The notes: generated by a model from the letters alone, not told the origin. A stretch of DNA of 64,000 nucleotides from Patescibacteria group bacterium (GCA_026416845.1 JAOAEL010000002.1:111422-175421); one strand, 5' to 3'; positions 39,680-50,666 are shown, counted from the stretch's first letter. Made by a program: numbers and translations.

Positions 39680-41022
39680 ACCAAATTCTTTAACTTGCCT
39701 TCTATAATTTTCCAAAAATTGTTTACACCATCATCAGAAAGTTCTGCCAAGTTACTATTTTTTTTATACAAAGACATTTGTTTAAACAATCCTGAATGTT
39801 TGTATCTTAATATGAACCTTGCCGCAAGTCCCCCCTTTCTTGGCAACATTATTCCTCTCCAAGATTTCGCTTTTTCACCAAACAAATTTAGGACTTTTCC
39901 ATATTCTTTACTTTCCAGCAAACTGTCTAAAACACATTGCTCTTCTTGACTAGGTATCAAACCATGCCTTCTCATAAAGGAAAGGTTGTCGTATTCCTGC
40001 CTGCCAACAGGCTCTGAAAATAACATTATGACTCCACCAACCTGATTAGGACCCAGCAAGACTTTAAAAGATTGTTCGGAAGGTTTAGTGATTTCAAGAC
40101 TAAAAACTTTTGAACACATCGCATTTTCATAACTTAACACAACATCACGATCTAAATGATCGGCTATCAAATTAACTCCATAATTTGCTTCGCAGAAAGA
40201 TAAAAAATCTTTCGTATATCCTGACTCACGGGAAACAACTGTTACAATTCCTCTTTGTTTTTTTGTAACATAAGAGATTATATCCTTGTAATAATCAAGG
40301 TTTACAGCGGCTCCAGAAACAGGAATCATAATGTTTAAAGGCTTTGACTTACTTGATAATTGTTCAATTCTTAATCTCAAACCATTTTCACTGAGTCTTG
40401 TACAAAACTTGCTTGAAAAAGGATATGCATTTACAATCAAGTCCGGGCGCTTATCGGAATCAAATTTTTTAATATAGCCTGAAAAATATTCACAAGTTTT
40501 TTGACTCGGCACAAAAATCAAATCCGCGCCTTTCACTGCCCAAATAATTAAAGGCGTATCATCTGTAACTACTACGGATAAAACAATTTTTGTTTTGGCT
40601 TTTAAAGAAAGTCTTTGTTTAATTTGAGCAATTTGATGTGCCAAACTAACATGTGTAGCCACAATAACAACAACTTTTGGGTTTGGATTTCTTCTTCTAA
40701 TCATTTTAAGCAAACGTAAATAAACTTCCTGAGGATACTTTCTAAGATAATAGACATAGAGTTTAGTAATGATTGACTCGGTATAGCAATTGGTTTGCAG
40801 AAACTCCATTATTTTCCGCAAGAATACTTTCTGCGACGTTATTCTGTGCATCATTTGAACTTTAGGATCATTAACACCCAAAATCTCGCTTCGCACATTT
40901 GAAGGCAATTCTCCGCGCAAAGCTTCCATCACCCTTATATGTCCAAGCCCCGCAGGCGACGTTGTAAATACAATCATCACATTTTCTTTAGTAATATTGT
41001 TAAACCTAATATCTTTTCTCAT
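39676..41022 (-). CDS. putative GT-B glycosyltransferase (UgtP/MGDG-synthase-like)
   Basis: TSPAGLGHIRVMEAL, VATH, VVTD, IFVPS, ITKPSE, PVGRQEYDN resemble GT28-like motifs. Confidence 0.6.
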   Translation of the reverse strand: MRKDIRFNNITKENVMIVFTTSPAGLGHIRVMEALRGELPSNVRSEILGVNDPKVQMMHRITSQKVFLRKIMEFLQTNCYTESIITKLYVYYLRKYPQEVYLRLLKMIRRRNPNPKVVVIVATHVSLAHQIAQIKQRLSLKAKTKIVLSVVVTDDTPLIIWAVKGADLIFVPSQKTCEYFSGYIKKFDSDKRPDLIVNAYPFSSKFCTRLSENGLRLRIEQLSSKSKPLNIMIPVSGAAVNLDYYKDIISYVTKKQRGIVTVVSRESGYTKDFLSFCEANYGVNLIADHLDRDVVLSYENAMCSKVFSLEITKPSEQSFKVLLGPNQVGGVIMLFSEPVGRQEYDNLSFMRRHGLIPSQEEQCVLDSLLESKEYGKVLNLFGEKAKSWRGIMLPRKGGLAARFILRYKHSGLFKQMSLYKKNSNLAELSDDGVNNFWKIIEGKLKNLV

Positions 41023-41165
41023 ATTAGAATTAAAATAATTAAACGCCACATGTATCCCACACAATTCCAGGAAAAATCAGTTCGTAACTTTTCAAAATTT
41101 AATATTTGTATTATTATCATTATTACAAACGTAATAAATTTATACACATACATACCAAAAACAAA

Positions 41166-42809
41166 ATGTTTGAAACAGACAACACAAGCTTAAAAGACCC
41201 TTCAGATTCGGGTGATAGCAATATAAAAAACCAATCTAGTTTAGACATTAACGCTAAATATAAAAACGATAGCAATGTTTTAATTAAGTCGTTAAAAGAA
41301 ATTATTCCTCCTAGAGAAAAAATAATTACAATACTTTCTTTAATGATTTTAATATGTATACTAATAATAACCATAAACACTGGATCTAACATTTTAAATT
41401 GGACAAAAAATAAAATAGATCTCAAAAATGTCGACAATAATCAGGCCACACTTGAAAAATTTACAAATCAAGATAGGAATTACGCTCAAGAAAGTGAATA
41501 TTTGATTAGAGATAAAAGTGAAATTATAGAATCCGTAATAGTAAAACAAATAAAAACTGAAAATAAAAATCTTGGTTACAAAATGCAAGGCTTTATAATT
41601 CCAACCTTTTCTGAAAATAACCTCTACTCTCTCATGTTTAGTAATATTCCTATAACATCAAACGGGAATATAATTCATACTCAAAGCGGAAACTTCGATG
41701 TAATCACAAACACGAATCTAATGGGTGGAATAAACTTTGATTTGAACAAGTTATCTGACAATATATTTTTCAGATTAAATTCCGTTCCGGAAGAAATTTT
41801 AAACATTTTGGGGATTAGAAAAGAAGACATAAAACCAATACTTAATGAATGGGTTTACATTTCGGATAAAAAAAATTTGCTTCAGAAAAAATCTACTGAC
41901 AGTGAAAAGCTAAACGAATTGGCACTCATAATCATAAATTCAATAAGCTTAGAGAAAATCAAAATTGAAAACGATAACATCGATAGCGAAAAAATAATCA
42001 AAATAAAAATAGAACAAGACTCGAATAACTTTGATGATTTAATAAGAAATACAAATAAATGGTACTTGGAAGAAACCGGGTCTTACATTTATTTCAAAGA
42101 TAAAAATATAAAATTCTCCGACGTATTTGAGAAACTCAAAGCAGATTTTTGGTTAGATGCAAACGACTACTCACCCAAAAGAGTTATGCTATCAGGAAAA
42201 TATAAACCAATACTAGACAAAGATATATCAAGTATAAACTTTCTTAACATAAAAGATTTTAATTTTGTAATTGATATAAAATTTACAGAAAATCAACAAA
42301 CATCCACTAATACTCCAAGAAATTTTCAAACCTATAAAGAATACATAAATAAAATAAACTCGGTTTTGACAAATATTATTATTGAAGGCAAAAGAGATAG
42401 TTTGTTTAATCAAATTATAAACAATTACTTTATGGACGAGAAAGGTAGAAAAGTTATATCTGAGAATCAAAAATTAATAGATTTTGTGAAAATTTTGCAA
42501 GCAATTTCAAGGTATGAATCTGACTGTAAAGATTTTCCTGATTCTTTAGATGAACTTATACAATCAGTTAAAGCATGCAATACAAAAAAAAGTTACTTTG
42601 ATAATCTAAACTTTAATCCTTTGGACCAAACTGCATTCTACTACCAAAAATACACAGACAGAAAAGCATTTAGTTTGTGTGTAAATTTTTCAGAAGAGCA
42701 AAGAAAAAATTTTGGTTACGCAAGTAGCGATCCTTGTCCTAATCCTTCGTTCAATACACATTTTTATCTTAACAGATATCCTTGGAATACGTCTACACTA
42801 AACAATTAA
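41166..42809 (+). CDS. membrane-anchored hypothetical protein with pilin/GspG-like C-terminal domain
   Basis: N-terminal TM; ADFWLDANDYSPKRV; C-terminal ILQAISRYESDCKDFPDSLDEL...FYYQK...FSLCVNF. Confidence 0.7.
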   Translation: MFETDNTSLKDPSDSGDSNIKNQSSLDINAKYKNDSNVLIKSLKEIIPPREKIITILSLMILICILIITINTGSNILNWTKNKIDLKNVDNNQATLEKFTNQDRNYAQESEYLIRDKSEIIESVIVKQIKTENKNLGYKMQGFIIPTFSENNLYSLMFSNIPITSNGNIIHTQSGNFDVITNTNLMGGINFDLNKLSDNIFFRLNSVPEEILNILGIRKEDIKPILNEWVYISDKKNLLQKKSTDSEKLNELALIIINSISLEKIKIENDNIDSEKIIKIKIEQDSNNFDDLIRNTNKWYLEETGSYIYFKDKNIKFSDVFEKLKADFWLDANDYSPKRVMLSGKYKPILDKDISSINFLNIKDFNFVIDIKFTENQQTSTNTPRNFQTYKEYINKINSVLTNIIIEGKRDSLFNQIINNYFMDEKGRKVISENQKLIDFVKILQAISRYESDCKDFPDSLDELIQSVKACNTKKSYFDNLNFNPLDQTAFYYQKYTDRKAFSLCVNFSEEQRKNFGYASSDPCPNPSFNTHFYLNRYPWNTSTLNN

Positions 42810-42852
42810 AATCAAAAATTTAACAAAAAAAGTTTATAGATTATAATCGCAA

Positions 42853-43995
42853 ATGATGTCACCTGAGACAGTTACAATAAACGAAATTTGTGAAATTCCA
42901 GTTCATGAAGTGCCAGCTATTGCATCCTTGCCTAAATTAGAAAAAGTAATGCAAGGTACAATTACCATAGATCAATCCACAGATTTTTTTGCAAACAGTG
43001 TAACCTACTCATCAGACAAAGAAATAATCAATAGATTTACCCAAGAATGTTGTGGATTTATAAATGGCAACGCAATAGCAACTCCCGCAGTAAGAGCGCA
43101 TTCTGGGTTTCTTCATATCATGTTTACACAAGGAAATACTTTTGATCTTTTCCCTGAAACTACCAAACAGCTTAGTCAACTATACCCTGATACCATCACA
43201 GAAATTTTCAAATCTACATCAGAAGCCGCTTATTCTGGAATTAATAATCTTAGAATAGACCGAATTTCTGTAGGAGCCGCTTATGGAATTTGGAAATCGA
43301 TTAATCCATGGCATTTACAGTTCGCATGCTGGGATAATGAAACAATTAACAAGGCACGTCGTTTGCAGATTCAACATGCTCCAGAAAATTTGCAAGGGCT
43401 TTTGCGCGCAAACCAAAGAGGAATAGAAACAGCTATAATATTCTCGCAAAGAATAAATCCTGATCTACTTCAAACATTAGAAAAATGCGGCTTTGGTTTA
43501 AACAATTACACCATATATTCGTCAGGCACAATTTCATATTCAAGTAACCTGCCAATTTGGGAAATACTAAAATACGCAAGTGTATTTTGGCCACAAATTG
43601 AGCAATTATCTTTAGATGCTTGGAATATAAATTCATCACGCTACTGCTCTCCCGGAAACAACAGCGCATGGGTAAATGAACAAAAAAGAATAGGAATCGC
43701 AATATCTTTGGTATATGAAAAAAACCAAACTAGACTTAATATCATGTTCGGTCGCAAAATGGGAGGTTACGTTGAAGGCGGTATTCACGAAGGAGAAGAA
43801 AGAAAAACAATTGGTGGGCCTATTGAGGCTGGAGGACACGCAATTGAAAGAGATATGCATAAAAGCGAAAAATATATACGATACTGCCTCTCTTTTCATG
43901 AAAACTGCTTTAGAATATTAGAAAAAGTTTCAAACTGCCAAATAAATTTCCATAACTACCAAATATTGCTTAAACTAAAGGATCACTTTAAATAA
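42853..43995 (+). CDS. hypothetical protein
   Basis: 380 aa ORF, TATAAT 5 nt upstream of ATG. Confidence 0.8.
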   Translation: MMSPETVTINEICEIPVHEVPAIASLPKLEKVMQGTITIDQSTDFFANSVTYSSDKEIINRFTQECCGFINGNAIATPAVRAHSGFLHIMFTQGNTFDLFPETTKQLSQLYPDTITEIFKSTSEAAYSGINNLRIDRISVGAAYGIWKSINPWHLQFACWDNETINKARRLQIQHAPENLQGLLRANQRGIETAIIFSQRINPDLLQTLEKCGFGLNNYTIYSSGTISYSSNLPIWEILKYASVFWPQIEQLSLDAWNINSSRYCSPGNNSAWVNEQKRIGIAISLVYEKNQTRLNIMFGRKMGGYVEGGIHEGEERKTIGGPIEAGGHAIERDMHKSEKYIRYCLSFHENCFRILEKVSNCQINFHNYQILLKLKDHFK

Positions 43996-44060
43996 CACTG
44001 AAAAATCAATTAAAAAACAATTTATTTAGAGGTAAACTAAGATTAGAATATAATAAGCAC

Positions 44061-44837
44061 ATGTACTATCCTCAAGATTATATTCCACCACCACCAAAAA
44101 TAAAAAATAAAAGCAAAATTAAATTGATTTTTATTATTGCTGCAATAATGCTCCTAACAAATTTAACTGCTGGTTTTTTAGGATTTACGTATGGAAGAAT
44201 AATTTCTCAAAACACAAATCAAAGCATGTCGCTAATCTCAAATACGCTAACAACCTCCATACCAACGCAAAATGTTACTTCTATATCAATTACTGTAAGT
44301 CCTACCTTTAACTTAACAAGAGAAAGATCTTTAATATTAAACATTGAAAACTCTCTCTCTGGAAACGTAGAAAGTTCAAGTTCAAGCGCAGACATTAAGA
44401 AAAACATCATTGTCGGAGAAACAGAATCAGGTTTCTCAAGAGGTTTCTTAACTTTTGATATCACAAAAATACCAGCCAAAGCAAAGGTAAATTCTGCTGT
44501 AATTAGATTTGATTTAGAATATAAAAGTTTACCTTCACAGTATGGCAAGTTATACATAGACCATCTCACATATGGAGACAGTCTTGATCCTTCAGATTAT
44601 GCATTAAGCTCGCTGGTTTCCAATATCTCTCAAGTTAAAATTGAGAAAAACAAAGCTGAAGCGGATATTACAAAAGTTTTAGCAAATGATGTAGATAATT
44701 CTCGAGCGAAAAGCCAGATTAGGATTCATTATGAAATTGAAAAAAAGTTTGCAAACTCTCTCTCCTCAAACTTGCAAATACCAAAACAAACTATATATCT
44801 TGAAGTGAAATACACATTGCCAAAAGTTTCAGAATAG
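44061..44837 (+). CDS. membrane-anchored protein with DNRLRE/CBM96-like extracellular domain
   Basis: TM, S/T linker, IIVGE...SRGFLTFDITKIPAKAKVNSAVIRF...ADIT...YLEVKY. Confidence 0.7.
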   Translation: MYYPQDYIPPPPKIKNKSKIKLIFIIAAIMLLTNLTAGFLGFTYGRIISQNTNQSMSLISNTLTTSIPTQNVTSISITVSPTFNLTRERSLILNIENSLSGNVESSSSSADIKKNIIVGETESGFSRGFLTFDITKIPAKAKVNSAVIRFDLEYKSLPSQYGKLYIDHLTYGDSLDPSDYALSSLVSNISQVKIEKNKAEADITKVLANDVDNSRAKSQIRIHYEIEKKFANSLSSNLQIPKQTIYLEVKYTLPKVSE

Positions 44838-44930
44838 AAATAGAATAATTGTCAATATTAACATATGTTGGTAAAATATCAGTTAAGAAATTAATTAAAT
44901 TAAAATTCAAAAAAAAGGAGGCGAAAATTA

Positions 44931-45125
44931 ATGGTGTTAGTAATTAAACAAAAAGGCGAATCAGAAGACAAATTGATTGCAAGGTTCAAAAAAAAGATTC
45001 TTGATTCTGGTCTCTTGGAAGAATTAAAAGAACGCCAAAGATTTAAATCTGCGGCAGAAAAAAGAAAAGAACGAAAAAAAAGAATCAAATACGCAATAGA
45101 ATTGGAAAAAAGAAGAAAGTATTAA
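44931..45125 (+). CDS. rpsU: 30S ribosomal protein S21
   Basis: GESEDKLIARFKKKI...LEELKERQRFKSAAEKRKER; AGGAGG Shine-Dalgarno upstream. Confidence 0.93.
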   Translation: MVLVIKQKGESEDKLIARFKKKILDSGLLEELKERQRFKSAAEKRKERKKRIKYAIELEKRRKY

Positions 45126-45204
45126 ACATCAAATTTTTCTATCTTTCAACTAAAAAAATAAATTACTAAAGGAAAATCCTCGGCGCCCTCGCAAGTATTC
45201 TTTT

Positions 45205-46626
45205 ATGTTCAAAAAAATAAAAACATATCTTTTATTAACAATCAAACAAAGACCTTTGGCAATTTTTTTGTTGGCATTAATTTTGCTTGTTTCAATCTTA
45301 TTTATATCCAATAACTTTATTCCCAAAGAAAGTTCTCTAAAAAATTCTCCTTTATCAAATCCAAACAAAAAACAAGTTGAGATTTTTAATGTCAATGAAA
45401 ACTTTTTTTACACTATAAACGCTACAAACGATGAAACACAAGAAATACATATCTATCCTCAGGTGTCTGGAGTAATCAGTCATTTCTACAAAAAAGAAGG
45501 TGACCAAGTAAAAGTAAATGATCCCTTGTTTAAAATATCTAACAATTACTCTGGTGCAAATTCTGCAGAAATACAATTATCTATTGCCAAAAACTCCAAA
45601 GATTTATTTGAAAAAAACTATGAAAGTCAAATTAAAATTATAGAATTACAAAAAGAGCTGGCAGAAAAAACTGATAACCAATCAGACACGCTTAGAGAAA
45701 TATCCAGAGACACCTTAAAAAGATCAAAAGAAATTTTATCACTTAGCGAAGCTCTTTTAACCGATATTCAAAAATCAAAAGATACACTAATAAATACAAA
45801 CACAAACGGACAAAATGATACTCAAATAGTACAAATTAAACAATCAGAGATAAATTTGTTATCCTCAATAAGCGCTTTGAAAAGTTCAATTGATCAAAGC
45901 GAATTCTCTACTTCAGATAAAAACTCTCCGGCTCAAATATCCAACATAACAAAAGAATTAACAATCAAACAGCTTGATGTACAAAAAAACACTTTAGAAA
46001 ACACCAAAAAAATCAACGAACTAAACCTTTTATTGGCGCAAGTAAATCTAAATAATTTCGTTCCAAGCTCGCCTTGCAATGGAATATTAAATCAGATAAA
46101 TGTAAATAAATTTGACACAGTTAACCCAAACACCAAACTTGGAACCGTTATATGCAGTGACAACAATAAATTAAAAGCATCTGCCAATATACCTGCCGAA
46201 ATAGCAAAGAAAATAAACTTAAAAATACCAACAACCGCGGAATATAACGAAGGGAAAGAAACCAAAGCTAAAATATTATACATCTCCAAATATACAATAA
46301 ACGAATATCAAAACAAAATAAAATTCTTAATTGATAAACCTGAAACAATATCATTGCCAAAAAACATAAAAATTAAATTGCCAATAGGCAACAATGATAT
46401 TACAAACTTAATTGTTCCAATAGATTCAATTCATCAAACTGAAGGCGGTGCAAGCCTGTATATTCCCACAAATATAGATGGTACAGAAAATTACATTGCC
46501 CAGTCTGTAAAAATAAAAATCAAAAAAGTTATTGGTTACTACGCTGTTGTTGAACCAGAACAAAAAATTGAAAAAGTTATTGTCACAAGAGGAATATCAA
46601 ACAATGATCCAATTATTCTTCGCTAA
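45205..46626 (+). CDS. RND efflux membrane-fusion (adaptor) protein
   Basis: TM anchor, IYPQVSGVISHFYKKEGDQVKVNDPLF lipoyl half-motif, long coiled coil, SPCNG, IVPIDSI. Confidence 0.85.
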   Translation: MFKKIKTYLLLTIKQRPLAIFLLALILLVSILFISNNFIPKESSLKNSPLSNPNKKQVEIFNVNENFFYTINATNDETQEIHIYPQVSGVISHFYKKEGDQVKVNDPLFKISNNYSGANSAEIQLSIAKNSKDLFEKNYESQIKIIELQKELAEKTDNQSDTLREISRDTLKRSKEILSLSEALLTDIQKSKDTLINTNTNGQNDTQIVQIKQSEINLLSSISALKSSIDQSEFSTSDKNSPAQISNITKELTIKQLDVQKNTLENTKKINELNLLLAQVNLNNFVPSSPCNGILNQINVNKFDTVNPNTKLGTVICSDNNKLKASANIPAEIAKKINLKIPTTAEYNEGKETKAKILYISKYTINEYQNKIKFLIDKPETISLPKNIKIKLPIGNNDITNLIVPIDSIHQTEGGASLYIPTNIDGTENYIAQSVKIKIKKVIGYYAVVEPEQKIEKVIVTRGISNNDPIILR

Positions 46627-46631
46627 CAAAA

Positions 46632-49600
46632 ATGTCTATTTCTTATCTTAAAAAAATAAAATTTGACAAAAGATTAGCGAATACTTTTTTGGAAAAGTAC
46701 ATATCAAACATAAGAATAGTTGTTCTTTTGTTGTTGCTAATAATTGCTGGCGGTTTGTATTCATACTTTGAATTACCTCGAAAACTCAATCCGGAAGTTG
46801 AAATCCCAATAATAAATGTGGTAACAGCTTTACCTCAAGCTTCGACAAGCGACATTGAAACCTTAATTACCATACCGCTTGAAAAAAAACTGTCAAATCT
46901 AGCGGGGCTAAAAGAAATAAACTCAATATCCCAAGAAGGAGTTTCGATAATCAATCTTGAATTTAGCTCAAACACAAACCCTCAATTAGCAAAATCCGAG
47001 GTGGAAGAAATTGTTGACAGTGTAGTTTTGCCAGACAGTGCAAATGATCCAGATGTATCATTGCTGGATTTTGAAAACACACCAATATGGACATTTGCGA
47101 TTAGGTCAAGGCTCGAAGATGAAAACAGTTTAAATATTTTTGTCAAAGAATTAAAAGACAGTTTAGAAAAACTAAGTTCTATAGACAAAATCAATTTAAT
47201 CGGGCATCAAGAAAACGAAATAGAAATTAAACTAAAAGAGTCTTTTTATAGTCAAAATGAAATAAACCCCATACAACTTTCGCAAATAATAAAAAATGGT
47301 CTGGCAAGTTATCCAATAGGTAAAATCAAAACAGACAATTATTCTTTTAATTTAAGCATCAACCCCCAAATTAATGACATAATAGACATAAGAGAAATAA
47401 TAATTAACATAAATAACAAAAATTATTACCTGTATGAAATAGCTGATATCTCGGAAAAACAAATAAAAAAATCTTCTCAAGTTTTTTTGGCCAACAAGAA
47501 TTTGAATCCAGCAAATGCTATCTTAGTTGAAGTTTACAAAACTAAATCAGCAAAAATTGATAATGCTCAAAAACAAGCAAGCCAAATTGTTTATCAGAAA
47601 ATAACAGAAAGATATGGACAATTTCAAATATTTGAAATCTCAAATAACGCTCAAGAAATAACAGATCAGTTTAATGATTTGGTAAAGGAATTTAGAACAA
47701 CCATAATTCTTGTTTTTGCTACTATATCAATCTTCCTTGGGATAAAACAAGGATTGATATCTCTACTAACTGTCCCACTTACATACTTAAGCGCATTTTT
47801 TTTCATGAATGTTTTTGGAATATCCATAAATTTTTTATCTTTGTTTTCTTTGCTTTTAGCGCTTGGACTTTTGGTGGACGACACCATAGTTGTGGTCTCC
47901 GCAATGACTGCTTATTACAAAACAGGAAAATTTAGCCCAGTGCAAACAGGATTAATGGTTTGGAGAGACACAATCAAGCCAATATGGTCTACCACTCTAA
48001 CAACAATTTGGTCATTCGTTCCTTTGCTTTTAGCAATTGGAATTATTGGCGAATTCATAAAACCAATACCTGTTGTGGTAACAGTAACAATGATCTCATC
48101 AACGGCTATTGCTGTACTTATAACATTGCCATTAATGATTATCTTTTTAAAACCAAAAATACCAAAAAGAGTAATTGTTTTTATTCAAATTATTACAGCT
48201 ATGGCAATAATTGCGCTTTTGTATTTATTTTCTGGCAAAAGCATAATATTTCCACTTATTGTTGTAACTTATCTAGCAACAATTGCAATTTTTATATTAG
48301 TCAAAAAAGACATACTCAATTACTTCAAAAAAAGAAAATTGCCAAACATAATATTAAAAAATATAGACAAAGGTATTGTTAATCTTCAGAAACTATCAAT
48401 TCATTACAATAAATTGATAAAAAAAGTTTTAGCAAGCAAAAATGCTCCTTTAAAAATAATAATTGCAATTGCATTATATTCAATAATAGGGTTTTTACTT
48501 ATTCCACTCGGATTGGTTAAGTCAGAATTTTTCCCAAAATCACCTTCTGATCAAATATTTATCAACTTAAAATTTGCAAGTGGAACAAATTTAGAAAAAA
48601 ATAATGAAGCAACAAGGAATTTTATAAATCAAATAAGAGAAATAGAAGGCATAAATACAATAACAGCCATCACAGGCAAAAATTTTGCCACAACCAGAAG
48701 TTCAAGAGAATCTGAAAACTATTCTTACATAACATTGACCTTGCCCCAAGAGAAAGAACAGAAAATAAATTCAATTCAGATAGCAAATCAAATTCGCGAT
48801 AAATTTTCAAACATCAGCGATTTTAAAGTTGATGTAATAGAAATATCAGGCGGACCGCCTGTGGGGGCTGATATTGAATTCACAATATTAGGAGATAATT
48901 TAGCTGAACTCGAAAGAATCTCAGAAAATTTAGTCACACAATTAAAAAATGACAACCAACTCGCAAACATTCAAACTTCATTTAAAGAAAGTGCTAGCAG
49001 AATCACATACTTGCCAAATTATCAAAAATTAAACGATTATGGATTAAACACAACACAAATTGCATTGGCTCTAAAAACATTCATTTCAGGATATGAATTA
49101 GCAAAAACAAGTTTTGGTGGCACTTTGTCTAAAGAAATCGCTATAAACTTAAAAACAGGATCTGAAACTGAAATAGAATATTTATCAAATATAAGAGTAT
49201 TCTCTAGAAATAATTCCTACACCTTGGGAGAAATTGGCGAATTTACTTCTAATCCCAGCTTGAGTGAAATTCTAAGAGAAAACGGCAAAAGAAAATTCAC
49301 TATAACTGCAAGTGTGGTTCAAGGAGTTTCTGCCACAGAAAAAGGCGCTGAAATAAAAAGAATACTCGAATCAACAAAGTTGCCAAACGGATATTCATAT
49401 AAGATAGGTGGTGTTAATGAAGAAAATGAAGCCTCAGTAAGATCAATCATTCTGGCAATGGGAGTGGCATTTACACTAATACTAATAACTATGGTTATAC
49501 AGTTTAACTCTTTCCGTCAAGCCATAGTTGTTTTAATTGTAATACCACTTGCGGTTTCAAGTGTATTTTGGGCTTTTTCTTTCCTAAAAATACCCCTTTC

Positions 49601-49922
49601 ATTCCCTGCGCTGATAGGGATTTTATCGCTTTTTGGAATTGTAGTCACCAACTCCATGTTTATAGTAGATAAAATAAATATCAACCTCAAAGAAAAGATG
49701 AAATTCAAAGACGCTATAGCAGACGCCGGATCAAGCAGACTAGAGCCAATTATTCTGACTAAATTATCAACAGTATTAGGCTTATTGCCAATAACTTTGT
49801 CTGATCCTCTATGGAGAGGGCTTGGCGGCGCAATAATATCAGGACTTTTATTGGCAAGCACAATAATGCTTTTATTTATACCTTGCGTTTATTATTTATT
49901 ATTTAAACCTCAAAAAGGCTAA
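46632..49922 (+). CDS. RND (AcrB/AcrD/AcrF family) transporter
   Basis: 1096 aa, two repeats, LALGLLVDDTIVV, GIVVTNSM, RLEPIILT, IISGL. Confidence 0.95.
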   Translation: MSISYLKKIKFDKRLANTFLEKYISNIRIVVLLLLLIIAGGLYSYFELPRKLNPEVEIPIINVVTALPQASTSDIETLITIPLEKKLSNLAGLKEINSISQEGVSIINLEFSSNTNPQLAKSEVEEIVDSVVLPDSANDPDVSLLDFENTPIWTFAIRSRLEDENSLNIFVKELKDSLEKLSSIDKINLIGHQENEIEIKLKESFYSQNEINPIQLSQIIKNGLASYPIGKIKTDNYSFNLSINPQINDIIDIREIIININNKNYYLYEIADISEKQIKKSSQVFLANKNLNPANAILVEVYKTKSAKIDNAQKQASQIVYQKITERYGQFQIFEISNNAQEITDQFNDLVKEFRTTIILVFATISIFLGIKQGLISLLTVPLTYLSAFFFMNVFGISINFLSLFSLLLALGLLVDDTIVVVSAMTAYYKTGKFSPVQTGLMVWRDTIKPIWSTTLTTIWSFVPLLLAIGIIGEFIKPIPVVVTVTMISSTAIAVLITLPLMIIFLKPKIPKRVIVFIQIITAMAIIALLYLFSGKSIIFPLIVVTYLATIAIFILVKKDILNYFKKRKLPNIILKNIDKGIVNLQKLSIHYNKLIKKVLASKNAPLKIIIAIALYSIIGFLLIPLGLVKSEFFPKSPSDQIFINLKFASGTNLEKNNEATRNFINQIREIEGINTITAITGKNFATTRSSRESENYSYITLTLPQEKEQKINSIQIANQIRDKFSNISDFKVDVIEISGGPPVGADIEFTILGDNLAELERISENLVTQLKNDNQLANIQTSFKESASRITYLPNYQKLNDYGLNTTQIALALKTFISGYELAKTSFGGTLSKEIAINLKTGSETEIEYLSNIRVFSRNNSYTLGEIGEFTSNPSLSEILRENGKRKFTITASVVQGVSATEKGAEIKRILESTKLPNGYSYKIGGVNEENEASVRSIILAMGVAFTLILITMVIQFNSFRQAIVVLIVIPLAVSSVFWAFSFLKIPLSFPALIGILSLFGIVVTNSMFIVDKININLKEKMKFKDAIADAGSSRLEPIILTKLSTVLGLLPITLSDPLWRGLGGAIISGLLLASTIMLLFIPCVYYLLFKPQKG

Positions 49923-50601
49923 ATTGACCTGAATTTGTCAAGGTTTTGCTAATGAATAATCTTCTATGAAACTTAGTTGGTCCATAGTTCAAAATTGCTT
50001 CGCGATGCTTTCGAGTTCCATAACCTTTATTTTCCTGCCAAAAGTATTTCATATATAAACTTCTCCTGCCTAAATTTTGCATATACTCATCTCTATAAAC
50101 TTTTGCAATGATTGAAGCTGATGCAATAGAAATTGATCTCATATCCCCTTTCACTATGGGAACTTGTTTCTTTTTGCTTACACCCTTCGCGTAAGAGATA
50201 TAAAAAGCGTCAACCAACAAACGATCTATAAGACCAACCCCCAACTTTTTAAGGTTCAAATTTGCCAATTTAATCGCTCTTCTGAATGACTTGTTTGTCG
50301 CTTCTTTGATCCCAAATTTATTAATTTCATAAACGCTACCAAAGCCAATTCCCCAACATAGAGCATTTTTTTTAATCCAATCAGCGCTTAGTTTTCTCTG
50401 ACTAGCAGTCATTTTCTTTGAATCTTTTATGATAATTTTCTCCCCCATATTTTTAATTTTTGCTCTGATACTAGGATGAAAAACACAAACTGCCGTAACA
50501 ACTGGTCCAGCCAAACAACCTCTACCCACTTCGTCAGCTCCCGCAACAATCAAATTTTTACCCCACCAAATAGACTCGTAGTAAAAATCAGGATTAATCA
50601 T
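49903..50601 (-). CDS. rnhB: ribonuclease HII
   Basis: AGADEVGRGCLAGPV, IKDSKK, KGD, SIASASIIAKV, NKGYGT. Confidence 0.97.
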   Translation of the reverse strand: MINPDFYYESIWWGKNLIVAGADEVGRGCLAGPVVTAVCVFHPSIRAKIKNMGEKIIIKDSKKMTASQRKLSADWIKKNALCWGIGFGSVYEINKFGIKEATNKSFRRAIKLANLNLKKLGVGLIDRLLVDAFYISYAKGVSKKKQVPIVKGDMRSISIASASIIAKVYRDEYMQNLGRRSLYMKYFWQENKGYGTRKHREAILNYGPTKFHRRLFISKTLTNSGQFSLFEV

Positions 50602-50666
50602 AAAAAAAACAAACTACATATCTCCTTGCAATTATATGATATTTGCTGATACCCTTAACATTGGAT

